A stretch of 64,000 nt of DNA from NCBI GenBank assembly GCA_950097015.1, contig CATNEN010000038.1:29760001-29824000 (forward strand), given 5' to 3'. How positions within the stretch are numbered: the first letter of the stretch is position 1; every line of letters begins with the position of its first letter. The translations under genes and the position numbers were made by a program. Source of the DNA: Macrostomum hystrix. Its lineage: Eukaryota > Animalia > Platyhelminthes. Below, piece by piece: positions 47,701 through 62,700 of this stretch. Below the pieces are notes generated by a model. It was not told the origin of the DNA. It was given only the letters and a program-made list of their open reading frames with translations, and searched no databases.

Positions 47701-50700
47701 GCTGCTGCTGCTGCTGCTGCTGAATAGTTGATCTCCGTCTATGTTGGGCAGAAAACGAAGACATCGACAGGGAAGATGCTCCGCTAACGGATAAATCGGC
47801 TGTGACTAATCTGTCGAATTGGCTGACATCTGATGCCAGGCTGGTGTCGGCTAGAAATTGAGAAGCGACAAACTGTAGGGAGCTGCTAGCTCCGGGTGTT
47901 ACGGTGGACGACTGCGGCCAAGGACCATCGTCCGCTGAGGCCGCTGATGTCTCGGTAGATCCCGACGTGGATGGCAGTCGCATTGAGACCAGATACTGCT
48001 TGCGACTGGCGCTTTGCTGGGGAATTTATGTTTGGGATTTTTTTACATGTTGGTTCTTTTTCCCAATCGAATCTTAATATTAATATACTTTTTACCTTTT
48101 ATCACACCTTAAAAAGCTAGGGATTCACACAATTTTATCTTATCTACAAATCTAGGGATAAATTCTCATCAATTGTACCGATAAATTTAGGGATTTTTAT
48201 ACCATTTAGAAACCTAGAGATTTTTATCCCATTTAGAAATCTAGGGATTTTTATCCCATTAAAAATCTAGGGATTTTAAATTATATTTAGAAATCTAGGG
48301 ATTCTTTATACCATTTAGAAATCTAGGGATTTTTATACCATTTAGAAACATAGAGATTTTATCCTACTTACAAATATAGGGATTATTATCCTATTTAGAA
48401 ATCTAGGGATTTTTATTCTATTTAGAAATCTAGGGATTTTTATACCATTTAGAAACATAGAGATTTTTTATCCCATTTAGAAACATAGAGATTTTATCCT
48501 ACTTACAAATATAGGGATTATTATCCTATTTAGAAATCTAGGGATTTTTATTCTATTTAGAAATCTAGGGATTTTTTGTATATTTAGAAATCTAGGGATT
48601 TTTATACCATTTAGAAATCTAGAGATTTTTATCCCATTTAGAAATCTAGGGATTTTTATCCCCTTTAGAAATCTAGGGATTTTCATCCCATCTAGCAATG
48701 TAGGGATTTTTGCTCACCGCTAATAGAAATCAAGTGATAATTTCCCATTTATCCCATCTCGAAAGAAAGAGATTATTTTTTACTCGGTTAGATCTTTCAA
48801 TTCCCACTAAAATGCCAACTCACCTCAATCTGCACAGGCAGCTGGTAGTCCACATCAACCGGTACAATATTGTCAAAGATAAACTTCCGCTTAGCAGGAT
48901 TCTCTGTGAAGGGCGGCAGGTAGCTGCGCTCCTTGTCAGACACGGCTTTCACGCAGTGCACCAGCAGATTGTAGGCCTCGCACTGCATTAGGCGGGCCGA
49001 ATGTTGACATCGCGGAAAACTCTGAGTCACCAACTCGTAGCATTGACTATATGGAGAGTGGTTTGTTGAGTTTAGTTTGGCAAAGTAGAATATGTATAGG
49101 GGAGATAGGAAGGGCAGAAAAACTTGGGAAATGGGAGATCTGGAAAACTGGCGAGATGGGAAATTGGGAAACCAATTAGAATATGGGAGATGAGGAGCGG
49201 AGGGAACAGGGGAGGTGGGAGATGAGTAGCGGAGGGAACAGGGGAGGTGGGAGATGAGGAGCGGAGGGAACAGGGGAGGTGGGAGATGAGGAGCGGAGGG
49301 AACAGGGGAGGTGAGAGATGAGGAGCGAAGGGAACAGGGGAGGTGGGAGATGAGTAGCGGAGGGAACAGGGGAGGTGGGAGATGAGGAGCGGAGGGAACA
49401 GGGGAGATGGGAGATGAGGAGCGGAGGGAACAGAGGAGGTGGGAGATGAGGAGCTGAGGGAATCAGTGATATGATAAGATAGTAGGGTCACTCACACGGA
49501 CACCCAGTTGTGCAGGGTCCTATCCGGGTCCTTCTGGCCAGCAGGTTGGGCCAGATAGAAGCGCTTGAAAGCGTCGCCCAGACGTGGCAGGTTCAGTTCG
49601 GCGGCGCTGCAGCCCATGTACAGGCAGGACAGTACTCGGCAGCAGCCCCTAGCCAATAGGAGGATCTCTTCAGTGTCCGACTCGCTAAAGCCGGCTAGAG
49701 ATTGTTGAGCAGCCAGCAGGCGAGCCAGACAGAATTGCAGACAATCTCCCGTGGCAACAAAGTCTAGCAGTACGGAGCTGTGGCACTGGGTCAGCAGCGG
49801 TGCCAGCACTCTACCAACTAGTTGTTCGCGATGAAAACCTGTAGGAGACACGGATAAGTCCCATCGGGTCAGATTTCGTAAGCTGCGTACTACCTGTTCA
49901 GTCCATGGACTGGGGGGACGGCACACCCACCCTCAATTAGCCCCAGCTAATGCAGGTACCCATTTAACAGCTGGATGAAAATTTAAGCAATGCAGAGTTA
50001 AGTGTCTTGCTAAATGGACAAAAATTGTTCCAGCGAAGTTGGGAATCGAAACCCCGACCTTAAAGGCGTGTGACCGACGCTCTAACCACTAGGCTACACA
50101 CCTTGATCCTTGGCATTTCGTTTCTTCGACTGACGCGAATTGTAAGGCAAGCCTCTAAGCATTTTCTATTAATAAAAAGTATATAACCTACCCTCGGATT
50201 CGAACTCGAGACCTACTAAACTTTGCCAGCTAGGCAAAAATAATAATAATTGCAGGGAGGCTATGGGCCATGATACATCAGTTGGTGACACTAGACACGC
50301 AGCCAGCGAGAAGGCAATTCTCCCCATTTCGTTGACTCCTGGGCACACGCTCACACAGGTGTGTACATCTGCCCTGACTTTCTCATCGTAAGGCAGTCTA
50401 CACTCTCACTGTTCCTTGGAGGTTGGGCCTCAATGGCGTAAAGTGCACGACAAGCTCCCAAGCCTTCTCTACGTGGCAGCGTCCCAAAAATGAATGTGGC
50501 CTAGCCGCGGAATCGAGCTTAGGCACCTTGGTGCGAGAGGCAAACGGGCGTAAACCAATAAATGCAAAAAATACAAAAATCAAGGCGTCACCAGTGAAGC
50601 CGCCACTGCCGGAGTCTCCGCAGAACAGTCGCCAAGGCCAGGAGATGAAATCGCGACAGCGTTGAATTGGAATCTTGCCAAGTAATCGATTTAGGCACTG

Positions 50701-53700
50701 TTGAAATTCAGTCTCAAGGGCGTGCTGCGGTTCTTTACAGACTAGAATAGCCAGTACCTCCAGAACTAGTGGATGCTCGCTGATTTCCTGAGCTAGGAGC
50801 AGCTGAAGTTGATTAGGCGTGCGTGTGGTTTCTCATCAATCAAAAATATAACTGGAAGAATCGGAATCAGAGAAATGGCAGTTGAAGATTTTCTTAATCG
50901 AGAAAAAAGTATTTAAAAATCTGATTATTGGACGACTTGAAAAAAATACAGAAATGGAATCGCGAAATTAATGATCAACAAAAATAGAACCGTAGAATTC
51001 GATATCGAAGAATATGCTGTTGTATAATCGAGAATCGGCAGAAACTGAATCGTAGAATCTAAATCGAAGAAAATGAAATCGACGGAAATAGAATCGAAGA
51101 ATACGGATTTAAAGGAAATGGAATCGAAGAATACGGAATCAAAGGCAATGGAATCGAAGAATCTGCAATCGAAGGAAATGGAATCGAAGAAAATGGAATC
51201 GTAGAATCTGGAATCGAAGGAAATGGAATCGTAAAATCTGGAATCGAAGGAAATGGAATCGTAGAATCTGGAATCGAAGAATCTGGAATCGTAGAATCTG
51301 CAATCAAAGAAAATGGCATCGAAGAATCTGGAATCGAAGGAAATGGAGTCGTAGAATTTTAAATCGAAGAATCTGGAATCGAAGGAAATGGAGTCGTAGA
51401 ATTTTAAATCGAAGAATCTGGAATCGAAGGAAATGGAGTCGTAGAATTTTAAATCGAAGAATCTGGAATCGAAGGAAATGGAGTCGTAGAATTTTAAATC
51501 GAAGAATCTGGAATCGAAGGAAATGGAGTCGTAGAATTTTAAATCGAAGGAAATGGAATCGGAGAATTTTAAATCGAAGAAAATGGAATCGAAGAATCTG
51601 GAATCGTAGAATCTGGAATCGTATAATCTGGAATCGAAGGAAATGGAATCGTAGAATAAGGAATCGAAGAATCTAGAATCGTAGAATCTGGAATCGTAGA
51701 ATTAGGAATCCAAGAAAATGGAATCGTAGAATCTGGAATCGAAGGAAATGGAATCGTAAAATCTGGAATCGAAGAATCTGTAATCGAAGGAAATGGACTC
51801 GTCGCAGAGGGAATCGACTCACCGCTCTAAACGCTCTCACATACTGGCAATAGGCGTGTGAATTAACGCTCAATTGATTTGAGCAGCGCATTAGTACCGT
51901 CTCTGAGCACAAAAGTTTGAGTTGGCTGCTTAAACGTTGAGCACGCTCATCAGACGGATTGCGGCACATGTAACCTAGCAGGGCTAAGCCGTTAACCTGA
52001 GAAGTTGAACAGTTTTGTTTGGCCGTGTAAGAATTCAGTTTAATGAAAACGCATTTGAGTCAATGATAAAATGAGAACAAACTGATAAAGTCACTTACAA
52101 TCAAATCGAAGTTAACACGAGAATCCAGCACACAGATGAATATGTCAAACACTTGCTCATTTGACTTCACCAGCTGAAGAGGAGAATTAAAATTAATTAG
52201 TTTACTGTATCAATGAGCTGTGCTTCTCTTCTATGAGCTGTGCTTCTCTTCTATGAACTGTGCTTCTCTTCTATGAGCTGTGCTTCTCTTCTATGAGCTG
52301 TGCTTCTCTTCTATGAGCTGTGCTTCTCTCTATGAGCTGTGCTTCTCTTCTATGAGCTGTGCTTCTCTTCTATGAGCTGTGCTTCTCTTCTATGAGCTGT
52401 GCTTCTCTTCTATGAGCTTTTCTTGTAGTATAAGCTATTCTTACCATATACACAGTATTGTGCTTTACTAGTTAATAATGGTATCTAATATTATAATTAT
52501 TATTACATTGGGTCAGATATGCAGCAGAAAGCACAGCCGTAGCTATTGCACAGCGCTTCTTAAGGCTACAACCCCTTACTGGGCTACAACCCATTACTAG
52601 GCTACAACCCATTACTAGGCTACAACCCCTTACTGGGCTACAACCCCTTACTAGGCTACAACCCCTTACTGGGCTACAACCCCTTACTAGGCTACAACCC
52701 ATTACTAGGCTACAACCCCTTACTAGGCTACAACCCCTTACTAGGCTACAACCCCTTACTGGGCTACAACCCCTTACTAGGCTACAACCCATTACTAGGC
52801 TACAACCCCTTACTAGGCTACAACCCCTTACTATGCTACAACCCCTTACTGGGCTACAACCCCTTACTAGGCTACAACCCCTTACTGGGCTACAACCCCT
52901 TACTGGGCTACAACCCCTTACTAGGCTACAACCCCTTACTAGGCTACAACCCCTTACTGGGCTACAACCCCTTACTAGGCTACAACCCCTTACTGGGCTA
53001 CAACCCCTTACTGGGCTACAACCCCTTACTAGGCTACAACCCCTTACTAGGCTACAACCCCTTACTGGGCTACAACCCCTTACTAGGCTACAACCCCTTA
53101 CTGGGCTACAACCCCTTACTAGGCTACAACCCCTTACTAGGCTACAACCCCTTACTGGGCTACAACCCCTTACTGGGCTACAACCCATTACTAGGCTACA
53201 ACCCATTACTAGGCTACAACCCCTTACTGGGCTACAACCCCTTACTAGGCTACAACCCATTACTAGGCTACAACCCCTTACTAGGCTACAACCCCTTACT
53301 AGGCTACAACCCCTTACTGGGCTACAACCCCTTACTAGGCTACAACCCATTACTAGGCTACAACCCCTTACTAGGCTACAACCCCTTACTATGCTACAAC
53401 CCCTTACTGGGCTACAACCCCTTACTAGGCTACAACCCCTTACTGGGCTTCAACCCCTTACTGGGCTACAACCCCTTACTAGGCTACAACCCCTTACTAG
53501 GCTACAACCCCTTACTGGGCTACAACCCCTTACTAGGCTACAACCCCTTACTGGGCTACAACCCCTTACTGGGCTACAACCCCTTACTAGGCTACAACCC
53601 CTTACTAGGCTACAACCCCTTACTGGGCTACAACCCCTTACTAGGCTACAACCCCTTACTGGGCTACAACCCCTTACTAGGCTACAACCCATTACTAGGC

Positions 53701-56700
53701 TACAACCCCTTACTAGGCTACAACCCCTTACTAGGCTACAACCCCTTACTGGGCTACAACCCCTTACTAGGCTACAACCCATTACTAGGCTACAACCCCT
53801 TACTAGGCTACAACCCCTTACTAGGCTACAACCCCTTACTAGGCTACAACCCCTTACTGGGCTACAACCCCTTACTAGGCTACAACCCCTTACTGGGCTA
53901 CAACCCCTTACTGGGCTACAACCCCTTACTAGGCTACAACCCCTTACTAGGCTACAACCCCTTACTGGGCTACAACCCCTTACTAGGCTACAACCCCTTA
54001 CTGGGCTACAACCCCTTACTGGGCTACAACCCCTTACTAGGCTACAACCCCTTACTGGGCTACAACCCCTTACTAGGCTACAACCCCTTACTAGGCTACA
54101 ACCCCTTACTAGGCTACAACTCCTTACTGGGCTACAACCCCTTGCTGGGCTACAACCCCTTACTGGGCTACAACCCCTTACTAGGCAATAAACCCTTACT
54201 GGGCTACAAACCCTTACTGGGCTACAAACCCTTACTGGGCTACAACCCCTTACTGGGCTACAACCCCTTACTGGGCTACAACCGCTTACTGGGCTACAAC
54301 CCCTTACTAGGCTACAACCCCTTACTGGGCTACAACCCCTTACTAGGCTACAACCCCTTACTAGGCTACAACCCCTTACTGGGCTACAACCCCTTACTAG
54401 GCTACAACCCCTTACTGGGCTACAACCCCTTACTGGGCTACAACCCCTTACTAGGCTACAACCCCTTACTGGGCTACAACCCCTTACTAGGCTACAACCC
54501 CTTACTAGGCTACAACCCCTTACTAGGCTACAACTCCTTACTGGGCTACAACCCCTTGCTGGGCTACAACCCCTTACTGGGCTACAACCCCTTACTAGGC
54601 AATAAACCCTTACTGGGCTACAAACCCTTACTGGGCTACAACCCCTTACTAGGCAATAAACCCTTACTAGGCTACAACCCCTTACTAGGCTACAACCCCT
54701 TACTGGGCTACAACCCCTTGCTGGGCAACAACCCCTTACTGGGCTACAACCCCTTACTAGGCAATAAACCCTTACTGGGCTACAACCCCTTACTGGGCTA
54801 CAACCCCTTACTGGGCTACAACCCCTTACTAGGCTACAACCCCTTACTAGGCTACAACCCCTTACTGGGCTACAACCCCTTACTGGGCTACAACCCCTTA
54901 CTAGGCTACAACCCCTTACTGGGCTACAACCCCTTACTAGGCTACAACCCCTTACTGGGCTACAACCCCTTGCTGGGCAACAACCCTTTACTGGGCTACA
55001 ACCCCTTACTAGGCAATAAACCCTTACTGGGCTACAACCCCTTACTAGGCTACAACCCCTTACTGGGCTACAACCCCTTACTGAGTTACAACCCTTTACT
55101 GGGCTACAACCCCTTACTGGGCTACAACCCCTTACTGGGCTACAACCCCTTACTGGGCTACAACCCCTTACTGGGCTACAACCCCTTACTGGGCTACAAC
55201 CCCTTACTGGGCTACAACCCCTTACTAGGCTATAAACCCTTACTGGGCTACAACCGCTTACTGGGCTACAACCCCTTACTGGGCTACAACCCCTTACTGG
55301 GCTATAAACCCTCTACTTCTTATATAGAAGGCAGAAAGCTTACATCGGCATCCACAATGAGCAGGTTGGTTAGAATGTTCAACACGCTGAATCTACAATC
55401 GTCATTGCCAAAGTCCCAGAGTCGTTGGACTATACTCCAGTGCGCTAGTATGTGACCAGCTAGCTGCTTAGGCGAGTTGGTCGTGCTGAAAGAGTTCAAA
55501 TTAGTAATTGAATTCTGGTTTTTTAATTTTTGTAATACATTGGAGCTACGAAGATAAGTAATACTTGAGATAAGCTACTCAAACGATCTCTAGGATAAGC
55601 TACTCAAACGATCCCTAGGATAAGCTACTCAAACGATCCCTAGGATAAGCTACTCAAACGATCTCTAGGATAAGCTACTCAAACGATCCCTAGGAAAAGC
55701 TACTCAAACGATCCCTAAGATAAGCTACTCAACGATCTCTAAGATAAGCTACTCAAACGATCCCTAGGATAAGCTACTCAAACGATCCCTAGGATAAGCT
55801 ACTCAAACGATCCCTAGGATAAGCTACTCAAACGATCCCTAGGATAAGCTACTCAAACGATCCCTAGAATAATCTACTTAAACGATATCTAGGATAAGCT
55901 ATATTATACTCAAACGATCCCTAGGATAAGCTACCCAAACGATCCCTAGGATAAGCTACTCAAACGATCTCTAGGATAAGCTACTCAAACGATCTCTAGG
56001 ATAAGCTACTCAAACGCTATCTAGGATAAGCTACTCAAACGATATCTAGGATAAGCTACTCAAACGATCTCTAGGATAAGCTACTCAAACGATCCCTAGG
56101 ATAAGCTACTCAAACGATCTCTAGGATAAGCTACTCAAACGATCTCTAGGATAAGCTACTCAAATGATCCCTAGGATAAGCTACTCAAACGATCCCTAGG
56201 ATAAGCTACCCAAACGATCCCTAGGATAAGCTACTCAAACGATCCCTAGGATAAGCTACTTAAACGATCCCGAGGAAAAGCTACTCAAACGATCCCTAGG
56301 ATAAGCTACTCAAACGATCTCTAGGATAAGCTACTCAAACGATCCCTAGAATAATCTGCTTAAACGATATCTAGGATAAGCTATATTATACTCAAACGAT
56401 CCCTAGGATAAGCTACTTAAACGATCCCTAGGATAAGCTACTTAAACGATCCCTAGGATAAGCTACTCAAACGATCCCTAGAATAATCTACTTAAACGAT
56501 ATCTAGGATAAGCTATATTATACTCAAACGATCCTTAGGATAAGCTACTCAAACGATCCCTAGGATAAGCTACTCAAACGATATCTAGGATAAGCTACTC
56601 AAACGATCCCTAGGATAAGCTACTTAAACGATATCTAGGATAAGCTACTCAAACGATCCCTAGGATAAGCTACTCAAACGATCCCTAGGATAAGCTACTC

Positions 56701-59700
56701 AAACGATCCCTAGGATAAGCTACTTAAACGATATCTAGGATAAGCTACTCAAACGATCCCTAGGATAAGCTACTCAAACGATCCCTAGGATAAGCTACTC
56801 AAACGATCCCTAGGATAAGCTACTCAAACGATCCCTAGGATAAGCTACTCAAACGATCCCTAGGATAAGCTACTCAAACGATCTCTAGGATAAGCTACTC
56901 AAACGATCCCTAGGATAAGCTACTCAAACGATCTCTAGGATAAGCTACTCAAACGATCCCTAGGATAAGCTACTCAAACGATCCCTAGGATAAGCTAGTC
57001 AAACGATCTCTAGGATAAACTACTCAAACGATCCCTAGGATAAGCTACTTAAAGATATCTAGGATAAGCTATATTATACTCAAACGATCCCTAGGATAAG
57101 CTACTCAAACGATCCCTAGGATAAGCTACTCAAACGATCCCTAGGATAAGCTACTCAAACGATCCCTAGGATAAGCTACTCAAACGCTATCTAGGATAAG
57201 CTACTCAAACGATATCTAGGATAAGCTACTCAAACGATCTCTAGGATAAGCTACTCAAACGATCCCTAGGATAAGCTACTCAAACGATCTCTAGGATAAG
57301 CTACTCAAACGATCTCTAGGATAAGCTACTCAAATGATCCCTAGGATAAGCTACTCAAACGATCCCTAGGATAAGCTACCCAAACGATCCCTAGGATAAG
57401 CTACTCAAACGATCCCTAGGATAAGCTACTTAAACGATCCCGAGGATAAGCTACTCAAACGATAACTAGGATAAGCTACTCAAACGATCTCTAGGATAAG
57501 CTACTCAAACGATCCCTAGAATAATCTGCTTAAACGATATCTAGAATAAGCTATATTATACTCAAACGATCCTTAGGATAAGCTACTTAAACGATCCCTA
57601 GGATAAGCTACTCAAACGATATCTAGGATAAGCTACTCAAACGATCCCTAGGATAAGCTACTTAAACGATATCTAGGATAAGCTACTCAAACGATCCCTA
57701 GGATAAGCTACTCAAACGATCCCTAGGATAAGCTAGTCAAACGATCTCTAGGATAAACTACTCAAACGATCCCTAGGATAAGCTACTTAAAGATTTCTAG
57801 GATAAGCTATATTATACTCAAACGATCCCTAGGATAAGCTACTCAAACGATCCCTAGGATAAGCTACTCAAACGATCCCTAGGATAAGCTACTCAAACGA
57901 TCCCTAGGATAAGCTACTCAAACGATCCCTAGGATAAGCTACTCAAACGATCCCTAGGATAAGCTACTCAAACGATCTCTAGGATAAGCTACTCAAACGA
58001 TCCCTAGGATAAGCTACTCAAACGATCCCTAGGATAAGCTAGTCAAACGATCTCTAGGATAAACTACTCAAACGATCCCTAGGATAAGCTACTTAAAGAT
58101 ATCTAGGATAAGCTATATTATACTCAAACGATCCCTAGGATAAGCTACTCAAACGATCCCTAGGATAAGCTACTCAAACGATCCCTAGGATAAGCTACTC
58201 AAACGATCCCTAGGATAAGCTACTCAAACGCTATCTAGGATAAGCTACTCAAACGATATCTAGGATAAGCTACTCAAACGATCTCTAGGATAAGCTACTC
58301 AAACGATCCCTAGGATAAGCTACTCAAACGATCTCTAGGATAAGCTACTCAAACGATCTCTAGGATAAGCTACTCAAATGATCCCTAGGATAAGCTACTC
58401 AAACGATCCCTAGGATAAGCTACCCAAACGATCCCTAGGATAAGCTACTCAAACGATCCCTAGGATAAGCTACTTAAACGATCCCGAGGATAAGCTACTC
58501 AAACGATCCCTAGGATAAGCTACTCAAACGATCTCTAGGATAAGCTACTCAAACGATCCCTAGAATAATCTGCTTAAACGATATCTAGGATAAGCTATAT
58601 TATACTCAAACGATCCCTAGGATAAGCTACCCAAACGATCCCTAGGATAAGCTACTCAAACGATCTCTAGGATAAGCTACTCAAACGATCTCTAGGATAA
58701 GCTACTCAAACGCTATCTAGGATAAGCTACTCAAACGATATCTAGGATAAGCTACTCAAACGATCTCTAGGATAAGCTACTCAAACGATCTCTAGGATAA
58801 GCTACTCAAACGATCCCTAGGATAAGCTACTTAAAGATTTCTAGGATAAGCTATATTATACTCAAACGATCCCTAGGATAAGCTACTCAAACGATCCCTA
58901 GGATAAGCTACTCAAACGATCCCTAGGATAAGTTACTTAAACGATCCCTAGGATAAGCTACTCAAACGATCCCTAGGATAAGCTACTCAAACGATCCCTA
59001 GGATAAGCTACTCAAACGATCCCTAGGATAAGCTACTCAAACGATCTCTAGGATAAGCTACTCAAACGATCCCTAGGATAAGCTACTCAAACGATCCCTA
59101 GGATAAGCTAGTCAAACGATCTCTAGGATAAACTACTCAAACGATCCCTAGGATAAGCTACTTAAAGATATCTAGGATAAGCTATATTATACTCAAACGA
59201 TCCCTAGGATAAGCTACTCAAACGATCCCTAGGATAAGCTACTCAAACGAACCCTAGGATAAGCTACTCAAACGATCCCTAGGATAAGCTACTCAAACGA
59301 TCTCTAGGATAAGCTACTCAAACGATCCCTAGGATAAGCTACTCAAACGATCTCTAGGATAAGCTACTCAAACGATCTCTAGGATAAGCTACTCAAATGA
59401 TCCCTAGGATAAGCTACTCAAACGATCCCTAGGATAAGCTACCCAAACGATCCCTAGGATAAGCTAGTCAAACGATCCCTAGGATAAGCTACTTAAACGA
59501 TCCCGAGGATAAGCTACTCAAACGATCCCTAGGATAAGCTACTCAAACGATCTCTAGGATAAGCTACTCAAACGATCCCTAGAATAATCTGCTTAAACGA
59601 TATCTAGGATAAGCTATATTATACTCAAACGATCCCTAGGATAAGCTACCCAAACGATCCCTAGGATAAGCTACTCAAACGATCTCTAGGATAAGCTACT

Positions 59701-62700
59701 CAAACGATCTCTAGGATAAGCTACTCAAACGCTATCTAGGATAAGCTACTCAAACGATATCTAGGATAAGCTACTCAAACGATCTCTAGGATAAGCTACT
59801 CAAACGATCCCTAGGATAAGCTACTCAAACGATCTCTAGGATAAGCTACTCAAACGATCTCTAGGATAAGCTACTCAAATGATCCCTAGGATAAGCTACT
59901 CAAACGATCCCTCGGATAAGCTACCCAAACGATCCCTAGGATAAGCTACTCAAACGATCCCTAGGATAAGCTACTCAAACGATCCCTAGAATAATCTGCT
60001 TAAACGATATCTAGGATAAGCTATATTATACTCAAACGATCCCTAGGATAAGCTACTTAAACGATCCCTAGGATAAGCTACTTAAACGATCCCTAGGATA
60101 AGCTACTCAAACGATCCCTAGAATAATCTACTTAAACGATATCTAGGATAAGCTATATTATACTCAAACGATCCTTAGGATAAGCTACTCAAACGATCCC
60201 TAGGATAAGCTACTCAAACGATATCTAGGATAAGCTACTCAAACGATCCCTAGGATAAGCTACTTAAACGATATCTAGGATAAGCTACTCAAACGATCCC
60301 TAGGATAAGCTACTCAAACGATCCCTAGGATAAGCTAGTCAAACGATCTCTAGGATAAACTACTCAAACGATCCCTAGGATAAGCTACTTAAAGATATCT
60401 AGGATAAGCTATATTATACTCAAACGATCCCTAGGATAAGCTACTCAAACGATCCCTAGGATAAGCTACTCAAACGATCCCTAGGATAAGCTACTCAAAC
60501 GATCCCTAGGATAAGCTACTTAAACGATATCTAGGATAAGCTACTCAAACGATCTCTAGGATAAGCTACTCAAACGATCTCTAGGATAAGCTACTCAAAC
60601 AATCTCTAAGATTAGCGACTAAAGCGATCTCTGAAACGATCTATCACACTATCACACTATCACACTAATCTATATCTAATCACTGACCAGGCATAGGCGG
60701 ATGCTCCGACAGTAGCAGTTGCATTTCTGACTGACTTCTTCAAAGACGCGGTGACAGTCTCAACAATGGAAGCAAGAGCTGGCAACCTGGCAATATTTGT
60801 AGTCGCAACCATGGACGCTTTCAACAGAGGCGATGCGGCTATGGTAGCCAGTAGTGATTCACTATTAGCTAGAAAATAAGCTGTTAGACACGACTGGAAA
60901 GTGTTCAATAAGTCCAGACCAGCCGCGTGTTCAGTCAGCAATGCGACTAACGTTTGCAACTGTTTAAATGAGATTTGTAAAAAAATTTTAGTTAAACCAA
61001 TCATATACGAGCGTATTATATTTTTATAACTTAAATAATAACACTAACCAGTGATGGATCATTTAGTGCGTAGCCAAGTGTCGCTTCTAACAAATGAGGC
61101 ACCAACGGATGCTGTTGACCAGTTTGAGTCGATTCAATCAGCTGAGTATGAATGGTGCGTGTAGAAAAAAAATAAATCAATTAAGATAGAATATGCTTAA
61201 ATGCCTACTCTAAGTAAGAAGAAAATATAATCAGATCCCAAAAATACTAGATTCGAAAATTTTGGGTCCCAAAAAACTAGATCTCAAAACTATCGAATTC
61301 GATAAATTTTGAACTAAAAAAATATCAGATCTTCTAAATTATCGGATCCCAAAGAATACTAGATGGAAAATTTTCGGATTCTAAAAATATTGAGAAAAAA
61401 GAATTATCTAAAAAATTCTAAATCCTAAAAATATCAGATTTACAAAATTTCAGATCCCAAAAATTATCGGATCCTAATACGGATCCTAAACTATCCTATG
61501 TCAGATTCTAAGAATATCAGATCCCAAAAATATCTGATTTCAGAAATAATTAATCCCAAACAATAGTTGATCTAAAAAATATCAGATCCCAAAAATCAGA
61601 TCCCAAAAATATCAGATCCCAAAAATATCTGATTCCCAAAAATGTCAGATCCCAAAAATATCAGATCCCAAAAATATCAGATCCCAAAAATATCAGATCC
61701 CAAAAATATCCGATTTAAAAAATATCAGATCCCAAAAATCGGATCCCAAAAATATGATTTCAGAAATATAGAATCCCAAAAAATTGTTGATCCCAAAAAA
61801 TCTGATCCCAAAAGCGCTTTCAGATCCCAGAAGTTCTTTCAAATCCTAAATTTGTTCTCTGATCCAATCAGATCATAAAAAATATCACAACCAAAACAAA
61901 TTCGATACTGATTCCTAAGAGAAAAATAGGATTTCAATAATACCATATCCCAAAAGTAGTATCAGATTCCCAAAAATAATATCAGTTGCCAAGAGACAAA
62001 CCTCGCAGCAGCGTTCAATCAGTGCCTGTTTCTCCTTCATCGTAGCGTCTGGCAGCAGACCGCAGTCTCGAAGGACGCGAATACCTTTCACTAGTCTAAT
62101 AGCGCCAGCGTTAACTGACAACTCAGACTGCCTGCTTACTACTGGCAGTAGAGAGGCGACGGATGCTCCTTCCATTTCAGCTGACAGAGCAGCTATCAGT
62201 CCAGTCCGATATGTAGATCCAGTTTTCGCTAGGTTTCTGAATTTATTGATGGTTGTTCAATTCTCGTGCTAAAATCTTTTAACATCAATTAATTGTAGAA
62301 AATCACAAACCTTTAAAGGATCTAAAAGGTAAAATCCGTAACTGAATGATATGGGAAGGCCGAATCCCAACCTGAAAAATCTTAGATGGTCAAATCCCAA
62401 CCTGAAAGATCTTGGAAGGTCAAATCCCAACCTGAAAGATCCTAGAAGGTCAAATCCCAACCTGAAAGATCCTAGAAGGTCAAATCCCAACCTGAAAGAT
62501 CCTAGAAGGTCAAATCCCAACCTGAAAGATCCTAGAAGGTCAAATCCCAACCTGAAAGATCCTAGAAGGTCAAATCCCAACCTGAAAGATCCTAGAAGGT
62601 CAAATCCCAACCTAAAAGGTCTTGGAAGGTCAAATCCCAACCTGAAGGATCTGGGATGGCCAAATCCCGACCTAAAAGATATGGGAAGGTCAAATCTCAA

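Noticed and set aside
49839-49926. Apparent SINE exonisation at the start of ORF 49492-49926
   Set aside because: Phase and similarity to human DNA-PKcs place the acceptor at ctacag|GT (49839), leaving the SINE intronic.
52472-55455. Long ORFs of (LQPLTR)n, (LGYNPL)n and (RGCSLV)n
   Set aside because: By-products of an 18-bp intronic repeat, open on both strands.
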